Assembly: GCA_016213445.1 (NCBI GenBank)
Contig: JACRAJ010000001.1
Span: 78,203-142,202 of the forward strand
Direction: 5' to 3'
DNA: 64,000 nucleotides
Source of the DNA: Candidatus Azambacteria bacterium
GTDB lineage: Bacteria; Patescibacteriota; Minisyncoccia; UBA10092
The position numbers and the translations under genes are program-made. How positions within the stretch are numbered: the first letter of the stretch is position 1; each line of letters opens with the position of its first letter. Shown here one piece after another: positions 18,873 through 28,652 of this stretch. Under the pieces are notes generated by a model, which did not search any database, was not told the origin of the DNA, and worked only from the letters and a program-made list of their open reading frames with translations.

Positions 18873-19399
18873 TCATCTATTTAAAATCTTCCTTAAAATT
18901 TCCATTTCTTCGATTCCTTTAACTAAATCTTCTTCGGTTACATTAACGGTTTCCCTAGGGTGTCCAATCGAATGACGCGTACTTGAAACCTTAGGATTAT
19001 TCGCGGACTTTAATCTGATGGCAGTTCCACTACTACTTTGATCAATAATCCATTTTTTCAATTCTCCTAATCCCTTGTTGTCATCTGTTATACCCTTTTT
19101 TGTCTTAAATAAATCAAGCACATTCTCATACAATTCAAGAAAATATGTTTTAGTTGGTAAATCAAAAACGAAGTAATTTATTTCTGAAGATGAGTTGTAT
19201 GGCAATAGAAAACTTTCTTTTTTAATTTCTTCGATCTTCGTTGCATCATCGCGATCTTTATTTCTAGAAACTCTATAAATTTTTTGGTCTTTGTTTTGCC
19301 ACTATTATTGACCCCAGCCAGAACCGTATAATTTTCTAAATTTATATTTAGTTCTTCTCTAATGCAACTATCTTTTTCTGCGGGTATTGTTATTTCCAT
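18873..19399 (-). pseudogene. Internally deleted/frameshifted AAA (ABC/OLD-like) ATPase gene
   Basis: MEIT..TVLAGVNNSGKT Walker A, then the frame ends; separate downstream fragment 18873-19205. Confidence 0.55.
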
Positions 19400-19445
19400 A
19401 TTTATATTACTTTTTATTATCGTATTATTTAAGATACCTGAAAAC

Positions 19446-20228
19446 TTATTTTTTATTAAATCGTTTAAAGTAGGTATCAATTTCACCTCCCAACTCAATG
19501 CCGACTCTCTCAAAGCAGTCGAGTAAATCCTTGTAGGTATTTTTACCTCCAAGAAAATCCCAAAACTCGTCTGCTACTTTAAGCTCATTCTCAAGATCAA
19601 GCATTCCTCGCATTGTCCAGCGAGTATATGGCTCTGGTTCGTAGGGATTGTACGGAATTGCTATAAAAGTATTTATATTCGCATCCGGTTTACTCGCTAA
19701 AACAACAGCAACCCATTCAAGCAAGGTGCGCTTGAACTCTTTAAATCCGCCGGCATTTGGTTTTGCTGTCTTGATATCAAACAAGTAATATGCGTCGTCT
19801 TTTGACTCAAACATTAAATCAACTTTTGTCGGCTTTACTTTAATCATTTCGCCTGTTTGGCAAACTTTCCGTATTCTCTCAATTTCTTCTTTTTTATTCG
19901 GTATGCTTGTTGCTGTAATGAGTCCGTCAATTATCTTCTGAATTTCGGCTTGCGCGGCAGAACTGATTTGATTTCCAGCCGTAGCTTGGGAAACAGCCAT
20001 TTTAAAATTCTTTTGTGCTAGAGCAAGACCAACCGGCTCAAAAATACTCGTGCCAAAATTTGTATTGAGGGAATGAATAAAGGAATACAAAGCAAGTCTA
20101 TCCTTACCGAGTAGTCGTGTATGAAAAGGCATTGATGCCGGTTCTGGTTTATAGTTTTGAAACTTGTTACGCAAACTTGCTTTCAAAACTTTTTCAACGC
20201 TATTTATTTGTTCTTTAGATAAAGCCAT
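19446..20228 (-). CDS. Type II restriction endonuclease (TdeIII/MjaII-like)
   Basis: HSLNTNFGTSIFE, VDL..FDIKTAKPN, IPYNPY, DEFWDFLGG; adjacent to an MTase. Confidence 0.82.
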   Translation of the reverse strand: MALSKEQINSVEKVLKASLRNKFQNYKPEPASMPFHTRLLGKDRLALYSFIHSLNTNFGTSIFEPVGLALAQKNFKMAVSQATAGNQISSAAQAEIQKIIDGLITATSIPNKKEEIERIRKVCQTGEMIKVKPTKVDLMFESKDDAYYLFDIKTAKPNAGGFKEFKRTLLEWVAVVLASKPDANINTFIAIPYNPYEPEPYTRWTMRGMLDLENELKVADEFWDFLGGKNTYKDLLDCFERVGIELGGEIDTYFKRFNKK

Positions 20229-20232
20229 GAGT

Positions 20233-21804
20233 TTATATTGGTTTAAAGTGAAAAATTATTTCTGAATACGGATTGCGATCTCGCTCTGTCCGATTCAACA
20301 CAGGCCGTTTAAATTGATTTACAATTCTCATTCCCGACTTCTCTGCAATTTCGGGATAAAGATTATATTTATCATTTGCCACGAGAAAAACATCAAAATC
20401 GTTTTTTAGATATTGTTTACAATTATTTAACACATCCGCAATACCTTGCGCGTATAACCGGCGCGCTTCCAATCCTTGCCCCTTGTAAAGCGGGCCAATC
20501 TCTAAGTCATCTTTACGCTTAAATCCGAGTAGATCGTAAGCATAAGCATGTTGTTCGTGATAATCAATTTGTCCGACATACGGAGGCGAGCAGAAAATAC
20601 CTGCTATTTTTTGATTTTTTAATATTTTAGAAAATTCGGGATTTTGTTCTTCTATTTTTTCAAAAATATTTATAGTCCTTGAATCACCCGCTAAAATAGA
20701 ATAATGAACCGGTTTTCGTAATCTACTAAATTCTATAATTCTACTTAAAGTGTCAAAAGCATAACGATTCAGCATGGTCGCGATGGAGAAAAGCGGCTTA
20801 CATATTTTTTTGTGCTTGTAGCAGTAATAAGTTGTCAGTTGGGGCACTTTGAGAGTCGCTAAATCGCTGTGCGTAGTAGCGCGACATGATCTGATTGTTC
20901 TGCTCAAAATTAAAGCGAGAATTTTTCGTGTTTTTATGTCTTTCTCTTGTCTTATTGTCTTAAAAACATGATCAATTTCTTTGCGCGCGTTTTCTATAAA
21001 CCACTTATCAAGAAATGATAAAGATTTATCCTGCTTTAATTTAATTGAGTATTTCTTGAGTAGTTTTTGATAAATAGGCAAAAATTCTCTTTCTTTCTCT
21101 ATGGCAAATTTATTTTCATCAAAGCTTTTTTGATTAACTTTATATTTGAAGCCATGCCCCGGAAAGTGCACCGAGTTAAATTTGGCAAGTTCAGTCAAAA
21201 GTTCATTTTCAAAATCCTTAATTTTATTGTCATGTTCAAAAGAATTAAGCGAAGCAAGCATTTTTTTAACCGCTTGCTGTAAATATTCATAATCATAATG
21301 CGCCGCCTTACAACTTGCGATCATACAATTAAATTCTGAAACATCTATACCTATAGAATGGATACCTGTTTCAAGCGATTGGATAATAGTTGTCCCAGAG
21401 CCTAAAAATGGGTCTAAAACAATATCCCCGGGTTTAAAATATGTTTCTTTTTTGAAATTGTCAGTATGAGTGTCTATAAAATATTCAACAAGTTGAGGAA
21501 TATATTTACCCTTATATGGGTGTAGTCGATGAACATGCTTTGTAGTATCTACTTCTTTCAAATTATCAAAAGAAAGCGTCCAATTTAAATCATTTCCGAG
21601 CCTTTCTTTCCAACTAATCTCCCTGCTTCTGTATGAATCATAATATTTTTTCAAATCATTTAAATCAACAAGTGTTGAACCATTTCCTCCATGTTTTTTT
21701 ACTTTTCCATATTGAACTAAATAAGAAATATTTGTAGGTAATACTTCTTTATTAAGAAGCGCGGAAGCCCATTTTGATGCCTCAAATATAGACACTAAAT
21801 TCAT
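20233..21804 (-). CDS. Amino (N4C/N6A) DNA methyltransferase
   Basis: HPYKGK, DPFLGSGT, SPPY; start set at MNLVSI, 6 nt after TATAAT. Confidence 0.9.
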   Translation of the reverse strand: MNLVSIFEASKWASALLNKEVLPTNISYLVQYGKVKKHGGNGSTLVDLNDLKKYYDSYRSREISWKERLGNDLNWTLSFDNLKEVDTTKHVHRLHPYKGKYIPQLVEYFIDTHTDNFKKETYFKPGDIVLDPFLGSGTTIIQSLETGIHSIGIDVSEFNCMIASCKAAHYDYEYLQQAVKKMLASLNSFEHDNKIKDFENELLTELAKFNSVHFPGHGFKYKVNQKSFDENKFAIEKEREFLPIYQKLLKKYSIKLKQDKSLSFLDKWFIENARKEIDHVFKTIRQEKDIKTRKILALILSRTIRSCRATTHSDLATLKVPQLTTYYCYKHKKICKPLFSIATMLNRYAFDTLSRIIEFSRLRKPVHYSILAGDSRTINIFEKIEEQNPEFSKILKNQKIAGIFCSPPYVGQIDYHEQHAYAYDLLGFKRKDDLEIGPLYKGQGLEARRLYAQGIADVLNNCKQYLKNDFDVFLVANDKYNLYPEIAEKSGMRIVNQFKRPVLNRTERDRNPYSEIIFHFKPI

Positions 21805-22043
21805 ATAAATATTATATCTCAATTTAAAAATTTAAAAAACCTCCAACCGACCCCCATCAAATCGAGCCCTGGAAAGATCGCCTGAAAAGCCCTACAATGC
21901 TTGTATAAGTAAAGTTCTAGAGCGACACACACCGCAGACGATTTTTGCTATCGAGAACCGACTCACTGATGACGTTAGTGAGACCGTGACGCTCGATGCG
22001 AAAACAAAATAATACAGCAGAAAAATCTGCTGTATTATTTTTT

Positions 22044-22226
22044 CTACTTTTTCTCTATCGTTAGAACTTTCTGCGTTAGGATAAGTTTGCTTTTGATGCA
22101 TGACAACAGCTCTCGCTTTTCAATCACGCTACCCTCGCGCAGAAGGTATTTCGCGTAGCTTCGCAAATCTATATTTTTCTCCGGCTTGAGTTTTTTGGTA
22201 TCCGCGAAGAATTGGGTACCTGCCAA
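22044..22226 (-). pseudogene. C-terminal remnant resembling large serine recombinases
   Basis: IDLRSYAKYLLREGSVIEKRELLSCIKSKLIL (recalled similarity); at island edge beside tRNA. Confidence 0.5.
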
Positions 22227-22287
22227 TATTCATAAAACATTTCTTGTTAAGTCGGTCTCAGGCGATATATTATGAAACAGGAAAAAA

Positions 22288-22305
22288 GGAAGGGTGGCAG
22301 AGCGG
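22288..22305 (+). other. Orphan 5' fragment of tRNA-Ser
   Basis: GGAAGGGTGGCAGAGCGG; same acceptor strand as the tRNA at 22806 but a different D-stem. Confidence 0.8.
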
Positions 22306-22329
22306 ACTGGTTTATAGTATACTGGTTAA

Positions 22330-22842
22330 GTGGTCGAGTTGTATAAAAGAAAACCAAATACTAATTGTTTTATCTGCAACAAACCTATTTACAGAAGACC
22401 CTGTGAAATGCAGAAAAACAAAGGACGAGTCTTTTGTAATGCAATTTGTTATGGCATCTCTTGTAGAAAAGAGAATCCTTGTGTAATTTGCGGTAAATTA
22501 ATCTTATCGGGATTGAACAAAAAAACTTGCAGCAGAAGTTGCGCAAATAAACACAGGACGGGGATTAAATACAAAATTAATAGACCAAAAGATAAGGTTA
22601 TATCACAACGAGCTTTAAAAATTAGATTATTAAAAAATAGAGGGAAAAGTTGTGAACGTTGCAACTATGATAAATATGAGATATTGCAAGTCCACCATAA
22701 AAATAGAAACAAAAATGATAATAATATCGATAATCTTGAACTTATTTGCCCAAACTGTCATTTTGAGGAACATTTTTTGGAAAAAAGCTGGTTGAAAAAT
22801 TTTAAGGAAGGGTCGGATAGCGGTTTATTCCACCGCACTTGA
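22330..22842 (+). CDS. HNH endonuclease with N-terminal Cys-rich zinc fingers
   Basis: CERC..LQVHHKNRNKNDNNIDNLELICPNCH; repeated CxxC motifs. Confidence 0.9.
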   Translation: MVELYKRKPNTNCFICNKPIYRRPCEMQKNKGRVFCNAICYGISCRKENPCVICGKLILSGLNKKTCSRSCANKHRTGIKYKINRPKDKVISQRALKIRLLKNRGKSCERCNYDKYEILQVHHKNRNKNDNNIDNLELICPNCHFEEHFLEKSWLKNFKEGSDSGLFHRT

Positions 22843-22893
22843 AATGCGGCGTCCCGAAAGGGACCGTGGGTTCGAATCCCACCCCTTCCGCCA
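22806..22893 (+). tRNA. tRNA-Ser(TGA)
   Basis: GGAAGGG/CCCTTCC, CCGCA-CT TGA AA-TGCGG, variable arm GTCCC-GAAA-GGGAC, encoded CCA. Confidence 0.93.
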
Positions 22894-22948
22894 AGTTTTA
22901 CAATTTCCGGAAAAAGCCTTATATTAATTGCGTTTAATCTTGAAAATT

Positions 22949-23278
22949 ATGTTTAACGAAATAAATCCCCAAGAAGCATACGGCTTGATTAAGCGCCATA
23001 AAAACGATCCGGACTTTTTAATTGTCGACGTAAGAACTCCGCAAGAATTTAAAGAGGGCAGAATAGCCGGCGCTTTGAATTTGGATGTTCAGTCGGATAA
23101 CTTTGAAAGCGAAATCGGGAAGTTTGATAAAAATAAAAGATACATCGTCTATTGCCGCGGCGGGAACAGAAGCCAAATCGCGGCCCAAATGATGTCTGAT
23201 GCGGGATTTGAAAATGTTTCGAATTTAACGGGCGGGATAGTTTTTTGGGAGGAAAACGGCCTTCCGATCGAAAAATAA
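22949..23278 (+). CDS. Rhodanese-like domain protein
   Basis: IVDVRTPQEF..GRIAGA, VYCRGGNRS, LTGGI..W. Confidence 0.9.
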   Translation: MFNEINPQEAYGLIKRHKNDPDFLIVDVRTPQEFKEGRIAGALNLDVQSDNFESEIGKFDKNKRYIVYCRGGNRSQIAAQMMSDAGFENVSNLTGGIVFWEENGLPIEK

Positions 23279-23350
23279 ACATCGCCGCGCCGTCGTCGGA
23301 ATTTTTTCCGCCTTGCAGAAAGGCGGTTTTTGTTGTACAATTTTCAGATT

Positions 23351-24838
23351 ATGCCAAACGCGGAAAATAAAAATTTAATTACCCGACCGCCCGTTGTGGT
23401 TATAATGGGCCACGTTGACCATGGCAAAACCAAACTGCTCGACTACATTCGAAAAACTGCTGTCGCCGAGCGCGAAGCCGGCGGCATTACCCAGCACATC
23501 GGCGCTTACGAAATAATCCATAAAAATCGAAAAATCACTTTTTTGGACACGCCGGGCCACGAAGCTTTTTCAAAACTGCGAGGCCGCGGCGCCAAAGCGG
23601 CGGATATCGCCGTGCTTGTCATTGCCGCCGACGACGGCATAAAGCCTCAAACCCTTGAAGCCCTGCAGCACATAAAAACGGCGAATTTGCCGTTCATCGT
23701 AGCAATAAATAAAATAGACAAACCCGGAGCCAATCCCGAAAAGGTAAAAAAAGAACTGGCTGAAAATGACGTTTTGGTTGAATCATGGGGCGGCAAAATT
23801 CCTTCGGTGGAAATTTCCGCGAAAGAAGGCACAAATATCAATGAACTTTTAAACCTTATAGAACTGCTGGCGGATTTGAGCGAACTGAAAGCCGATCCAA
23901 GCAAAAACGCGGAAGGCATAGTTATTGAAACGCATCTCGACCCGCGGCGCGGAATAGTCGCCTCGCTTCTCATTTTAAACGGAACGTTGAAAACCGGTAA
24001 TTATATTCTATCCGGCGAAGCTTCGGGAAAAATAAAAATACTTGAAGATTTCAGGGGTGAAAAAATAAAAAGCGCGTCGTTTTCTTCTCCGGTTTTGATG
24101 ACCGGCTTCGCCGCGTTGCCGATTGTCGGAGAAAAATTCGCCGCTTCCGAAATTCCTTTTTCTGCGGCTTTAAAAATCGCAAAAAAAATCGGCGAATACA
24201 TCGGCGAATCTTTTGGCGCCGAAATGAAAACCGGCGTTAATTTGGTGAAAATAATAATCAAAGCCGATGTGCAAAGCTCGGCTGAAGCGCTGAAAGAAAG
24301 CTTGGAAAAAATTCCGCTGGAAAACGGCGCCGTAAAAATCATCAAATCCGAAACCGGAAATGTTAATGAAAGCGATTTTAAAATGGCCGATTTAAGCGAC
24401 GCGCTGATTATCGCTTTTAACGTGAAAACCGACGCCGCAATGCCCTATATCGCCGAAAAACAGAAAGAAAATTTAATTTCGGGAAATATTATTTACGATG
24501 TTCTGGACAGGGTAAAGGTTATAATTGAAAAAAAATTAAAACCGAAAATTGAACGCGAAGAAACCGGAAGATTAAACGTTTTGGCGGTTTTCAGGCAAGA
24601 AAAAAATCGCCAGGTTTTAGGCGGAAAAGTTGTTTCGGGCGAAATAGTAAAGGGAACGCGAACGGAAATTTTGAGAAACGAAACTATAATCGGCCAAGGG
24701 CGCATAATAAGTTTGCAATCGGACAAAAAAGAAACCGGAAAGGTTGAAGCCGGCCGCGAAGCCGGCCTTGCCGTTGATTTCGGCGAACCGAAAATCGCCG
24801 CCGGCGACACGCTTATCTTTTTCAAGAAAATGCAATAA
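23351..24838 (+). CDS. infB: Translation initiation factor IF-2 (short form)
   Basis: [40 protein letters not shown]. Confidence 0.97.
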   Translation: MPNAENKNLITRPPVVVIMGHVDHGKTKLLDYIRKTAVAEREAGGITQHIGAYEIIHKNRKITFLDTPGHEAFSKLRGRGAKAADIAVLVIAADDGIKPQTLEALQHIKTANLPFIVAINKIDKPGANPEKVKKELAENDVLVESWGGKIPSVEISAKEGTNINELLNLIELLADLSELKADPSKNAEGIVIETHLDPRRGIVASLLILNGTLKTGNYILSGEASGKIKILEDFRGEKIKSASFSSPVLMTGFAALPIVGEKFAASEIPFSAALKIAKKIGEYIGESFGAEMKTGVNLVKIIIKADVQSSAEALKESLEKIPLENGAVKIIKSETGNVNESDFKMADLSDALIIAFNVKTDAAMPYIAEKQKENLISGNIIYDVLDRVKVIIEKKLKPKIEREETGRLNVLAVFRQEKNRQVLGGKVVSGEIVKGTRTEILRNETIIGQGRIISLQSDKKETGKVEAGREAGLAVDFGEPKIAAGDTLIFFKKMQ

Positions 24839-24846
24839 AATAAACT

Positions 24847-25197
24847 ATGGCCCAAGAACGCGCTTTAAGATTCAACGAGTTGATTAAAAAAGAACTTGGC
24901 AAAATCATTTCCAATTTTTTAGATGTCGAGCCCGGCGTTTTAGTTACCGTTACCCGCGTTTCAACCAATCCTAATTTATTTACCGCCGATGTTTTTGTAA
25001 GCGTTTATCCTCCTTCCGGAGCCGAGAAAATTTTAGAAAAATTAAACCGCTCGATTTACCAAATTCAGCAATCGCTTAATAAAAAAATGGAAGTGCGGCC
25101 CGTGCCGAAAATCTCCTTTAAATATGACGCGAATCCCGAAGCGGCCGGCGAAGTGGAAAAATTATTGGAAGAAATAAAAAAAGAAAATCGGGAATAG
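24847..25197 (+). CDS. rbfA: Ribosome-binding factor A
   Basis: VTVTRV..RPVPKISFKYD; follows infB. Confidence 0.9.
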   Translation: MAQERALRFNELIKKELGKIISNFLDVEPGVLVTVTRVSTNPNLFTADVFVSVYPPSGAEKILEKLNRSIYQIQQSLNKKMEVRPVPKISFKYDANPEAAGEVEKLLEEIKKENRE

Positions 25198-25209
25198 GCC
25201 GAAAATAAA

Positions 25210-26178
25210 ATGAAAAATAGCAGTTTTAAAGAAATAGAAAAAATAATAACGGGCGCAAAAAAAATTCTGGCGGTCAGCCATCAGGCCCCCGACGGCGACG
25301 CCATCGGCTCGCTCGCCGCTTTCGGCTTTTATCTTCAAAAAATAAAAAAGCCGCATTATCTTTTGTGCGTTTCCGGCGTTCCGGAATCGCTGAAATTCAT
25401 CCCCGGCGCGGCGCGAATAAAATCAAAGCATCCGAAAAATCCTTTCGATTTAATAGTCGGTTTCGATTACGGTTCAAAAATCCAGCTTGGAATAGAAAGC
25501 TATTTGAAAAAATATCCTAAAATCCCGATTTTAATTTTTGACCATCATTTAACGGCCGATCAGGCGGCGGATTTCGGGATTATCGATTCTTCTTACACAT
25601 CGGCGGTGGAATTGCTTTACGATTATCTCAAAGCCATAAATTTGAAAATCGACAAAAAAATCGCCTACGCTTTAGTTGTCGGAATTTTAAGCGATACGGG
25701 ATTTTTTAAATATTCCAACAACTCCAAATCGATGGAAACGGCCGCCGATCTCACGAAACGATTCAATATAAAGCCGGTGGAAATCGACAATAAGCTCAAC
25801 GGCCAATTAAAAATTGCGGCGGCTAAACTTTTAGGCGAAATTTTAAGCCGCGTCAAACACCATCATAAAGGGGATTTTGTTTATTCTTGGGTTGAAAGAA
25901 AAGATCTGAAAAAACATCGCTTAACCACCGACGATATAAATGAAAACATCTCAATATTGTTAAAAAACCTGAAAGACGGCCGATTTTCGCTTTTTCTCAC
26001 CGAAAAAAGCGAAGGAAAAGTAAGGGGAAGTTTGAGAAGCCGGCCGGACAAAAACTATAACGTGGCAAAATTAGCAATGAAGCTCGGAGGCGGCGGACAC
26101 AAGTACGCCGCCGGATTCAGAGTTAAGGGCACGATTGACTCGGCCCTAAAACTCGTGGCAAAATACGCGAAGAAATAA
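25210..26178 (+). CDS. nrnA: DHH/DHHA1 phosphoesterase (NrnA)
   Basis: HQAPDGDAIGS, DHH, SDTG, SLRS, GGGGH. Confidence 0.92.
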   Translation: MKNSSFKEIEKIITGAKKILAVSHQAPDGDAIGSLAAFGFYLQKIKKPHYLLCVSGVPESLKFIPGAARIKSKHPKNPFDLIVGFDYGSKIQLGIESYLKKYPKIPILIFDHHLTADQAADFGIIDSSYTSAVELLYDYLKAINLKIDKKIAYALVVGILSDTGFFKYSNNSKSMETAADLTKRFNIKPVEIDNKLNGQLKIAAAKLLGEILSRVKHHHKGDFVYSWVERKDLKKHRLTTDDINENISILLKNLKDGRFSLFLTEKSEGKVRGSLRSRPDKNYNVAKLAMKLGGGGHKYAAGFRVKGTIDSALKLVAKYAKK

Positions 26179-26181
26179 CGG

Positions 26182-26253
26182 GGCCTGGTAGCCAAGTGGT
26201 AAGGCGAGGGTCTGCAAAACCCTTATACGTGGGTTCAATTCCCACCCAGGCCT
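26182..26253 (+). tRNA. tRNA-Cys(GCA)
   Basis: GGCCTGG/CCAGGCC, AGGGT-CT GCA AA-ACCCT, TTCAATT. Confidence 0.95.
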
Positions 26254-26320
26254 CTCTTATATCGGCAAACGCAATTTAAATGATTTGATTTTGTGTCTAC
26301 CATTTGATATAATTTTCTTA

Positions 26321-26791
26321 ATGAAAAGAAGATCTTGGACCGAAAAACAATTAAAAAACGCAGTTAAAAATTCTTTTAGTTATAGACAAGTTTTAACTAA
26401 ACTAAATTTGCGCGAAGCAGGCGGAAACTACGCTCAAATAAAAAGATATATTAGAGAGTTTGAATTGGATATAAAACATTTTAAAGGACGAGGTTGGAAT
26501 TTGGGAATGCGAGGCATAGGAATACCCCGAATACCTTTAGAAAAAATTTTAGTTAAGAACAGTAATTTTCAAAGTTTTAAGTTGAAAAAAAGATTATTTG
26601 CCGCTGATTTAAAACCTAAAAATTGCGAGGAATGCGGATGGTCGCAAAGAACAGCTGATGGTTATTTACCTTTGGAATTAGATCATATCAACGGCGATCA
26701 TTACGATAATCGGATAGATAATCTAAGAGTTTTATGTCCTAATTGCCATAGTTTAAAACCAACACATCGTGGTAGGATTAGAAAGATTTAA
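26321..26791 (+). CDS. HNH endonuclease
   Basis: CEEC..LELDHINGDHYDNRIDNLRVLCPNCHS; TGnTATAAT 7 nt before ATG. Confidence 0.9.
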   Translation: MKRRSWTEKQLKNAVKNSFSYRQVLTKLNLREAGGNYAQIKRYIREFELDIKHFKGRGWNLGMRGIGIPRIPLEKILVKNSNFQSFKLKKRLFAADLKPKNCEECGWSQRTADGYLPLELDHINGDHYDNRIDNLRVLCPNCHSLKPTHRGRIRKI

Positions 26792-26875
26792 GGACGAGTG
26801 GCGGAATCGGTATACGCGCAGCACTTAAAATGCTGTGGATTAACATCCTTGAGGGTTCGAGTCCCTCCTCGTCCA
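26792..26875 (+). tRNA. tRNA-Leu(TAA)
   Basis: GGACGAG/CTCGTCC, CAGCA-CT TAA AA-TGCTG, variable arm, TTCGAGT. Confidence 0.95.
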
Positions 26876-26876
26876 C

Positions 26877-26910
26877 AAAAACCCAACCCGCAATTGCGGG
26901 TTGGGTTTTT
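26877..26910. terminator. Bidirectional intrinsic terminator
   Basis: AAAAACCCAACCCGC-AATT-GCGGGTTGGGTTTTT. Confidence 0.85.
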
Positions 26911-26920
26911 AAATAAATTT

Positions 26921-27427
26921 TTAGTCCAATATCACCACATCGGCTTCCTGGATACCGAAGCGTTTGGCCAAATGCTTTTCCGAAAACCAAATGTCGATTT
27001 TGCCATCATGCTTTTTAGCCATACGATCCTCAACGGTAAAAACTTTGTCGCCGAAAAGCGATGGAATTTTCACCTTGGTGCCGAAAGCTAAAAAGTTAGC
27101 TGCCACAACGCCGTCGCGAACATGAGTGTTCGAGGCGGTTATAAACGGCGTGTCGTCGGTCTGATCCGGCGTTGAAGAATAGGCCGTAATGACAACTTTC
27201 ATCATTTTTGGCGGCAAGCTGTCACTAATGGCCATCAGCGAGTCCCCGCCGGCGATCATAAACAAATTGCGGTTGACTTTAGGCTTATTAATAAGCTCCG
27301 CGATATCCTCAAAGCTCCAAGCCGCCGCAGTTTGGGGAACGGACACATTAAACGTTAAAATCACTATAACTGCCGTTATTATGGCTTTATTAAGCCAAAA
27401 CTTATTAAGTTTTATATATTTATACAT
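26921..27427 (-). CDS. 3D-domain (lytic transglycosylase-like) protein
   Basis: TAYSSTPDQTDDTPFITAS, VAAN, VEDRM, IDIW. Confidence 0.88.
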   Translation of the reverse strand: MYKYIKLNKFWLNKAIITAVIVILTFNVSVPQTAAAWSFEDIAELINKPKVNRNLFMIAGGDSLMAISDSLPPKMMKVVITAYSSTPDQTDDTPFITASNTHVRDGVVAANFLAFGTKVKIPSLFGDKVFTVEDRMAKKHDGKIDIWFSEKHLAKRFGIQEADVVILD

Positions 27428-27479
27428 TTTTGACAAACAAAAAATCCCCGCCTTAGCAGAGATTCTTTATTATGCCCTA

Positions 27480-27508
27480 ATGGTAGTCGATAGCGGCGAA
27501 ATTGTCAA
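27480..27508 (-). promoter_or_regulatory. Sigma70-type promoter for the 3D-domain gene
   Basis: Minus strand TTGACA-17 nt-TACCAT. Confidence 0.6.
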
Positions 27509-27515
27509 TAGCGCG

Positions 27516-28139
27516 TCAAAAGCCGAACGGTTGGCCGACAATGAGCCAAAACACCCAAGCAATCAACCTCGGCAGCAAAAAGAAAGCGAAAAATAAAGCC
27601 AGAGCCAGTCCGGCGAAGCCTAAATTCATAACTTTCGACCATGCGCGCGGAAACAAATCGAAAAAAACTTTCGAACCGTCAAGCGGCGGAAACGGAATCA
27701 TGTTGAAAAATGCCAATGCGATATTGATAGCCGTAATAACGGCGATAAGCGAAAAGAAAACCGGAGGAACAATATTGCCCGCCAAAGCGCCGCCGGAAAA
27801 GAATCTCAAAAACAATCCAAAAAACAACGCGATGATCAAATTGCTCAAAGGCCCGGCGATGGCCACTTTCAGCGACCCGTATTTTTTATCTCTCAAATTA
27901 TCGGGATTGTACGGCACCGGTTTGGCATAGCCGATGAAAATTCCTCCGGTGAACAGTAAAAACAAAGGCAAGATCACCGTGCCGAACAAATCCATATGAA
28001 CCAAGGGATTGAGCGTTAGTCGGCCTTCATTCTTTGCCGTAGGGTCTCCCAAAGAATAAGCTGTTAAACCGTGAGCGTATTCGTGGAACACCGCGGAAAT
28101 CACGATGACAAGATACAAAAAAATTACTTGATTTAGCAT
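27516..28139 (-). CDS. Site-2 protease (M50)
   Basis: HEYAH, LGDPT, AGPLSN, FNMIPFPPLDG. Confidence 0.93.
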   Translation of the reverse strand: MLNQVIFLYLVIVISAVFHEYAHGLTAYSLGDPTAKNEGRLTLNPLVHMDLFGTVILPLFLLFTGGIFIGYAKPVPYNPDNLRDKKYGSLKVAIAGPLSNLIIALFFGLFLRFFSGGALAGNIVPPVFFSLIAVITAINIALAFFNMIPFPPLDGSKVFFDLFPRAWSKVMNLGFAGLALALFFAFFLLPRLIAWVFWLIVGQPFGF

Positions 28140-28235
28140 TCGATTATGTGGTAAAAATAAACATTATCAAATTGCATTATTCGCTCGCCGCGAAAATAAA
28201 TTTTTTCGCTTGAGCTTGTTAGCAACTGTAAAACT

Positions 28236-28430
28236 ATGTCCAAAATATGTAAAATTTGCGGCAAGGGATCAACTCTTGTTACGCCGCGAAACAAACTCCG
28301 CGGTAAGTATAACCCGGCGCCCAAAAAAAGAAAATATCCCAATCTCCAATGGGTTGTTCTGTCTTCCGGAAAAAGAGCCAAAGCCTGCGCCAAGTGCATA
28401 AAAACACTCGCCAAGCCAAAAAAGAAATAA
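28236..28430 (+). CDS. rpmB: 50S ribosomal protein L28
   Basis: MSKICKICGK..KRKYPNLQ..CAKCIKT. Confidence 0.88.
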   Translation: MSKICKICGKGSTLVTPRNKLRGKYNPAPKKRKYPNLQWVVLSSGKRAKACAKCIKTLAKPKKK

Positions 28431-28433
28431 ACA

Positions 28434-28504
28434 CGGGGTGTAGTACAACGGCAGTATGCACGCATGGGGTGCGTGTGACCCGGGTTCAATTCCCGGCACC
28501 CCGA
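28434..28504 (+). tRNA. tRNA-Pro(GGG)
   Basis: CGGGGTG/CACCCCG, CACGC-AT GGG GT-GCGTG, TTCAATT. Confidence 0.92.
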
Positions 28505-28652
28505 AAAATTGTCCGTACCCGCGGGGGCCAAATGTGAACTGCTTCACATTTGGCGGGCACTTCAATAATTTATTAATTAAAAAATAAAGCGCCCCGGAGG
28601 GTATAGTAGCGGTTCAATTCCGCTTGGCCCGACAAAAGAAACCCCGGAGCAC

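Noticed and set aside
22288..22893. Group I intron in tRNA-Ser encoding the HNH
   Set aside because: The downstream tRNA is already complete, there is no room for a ribozyme core, and joining the orphan 5' piece would mismatch the D-stem.
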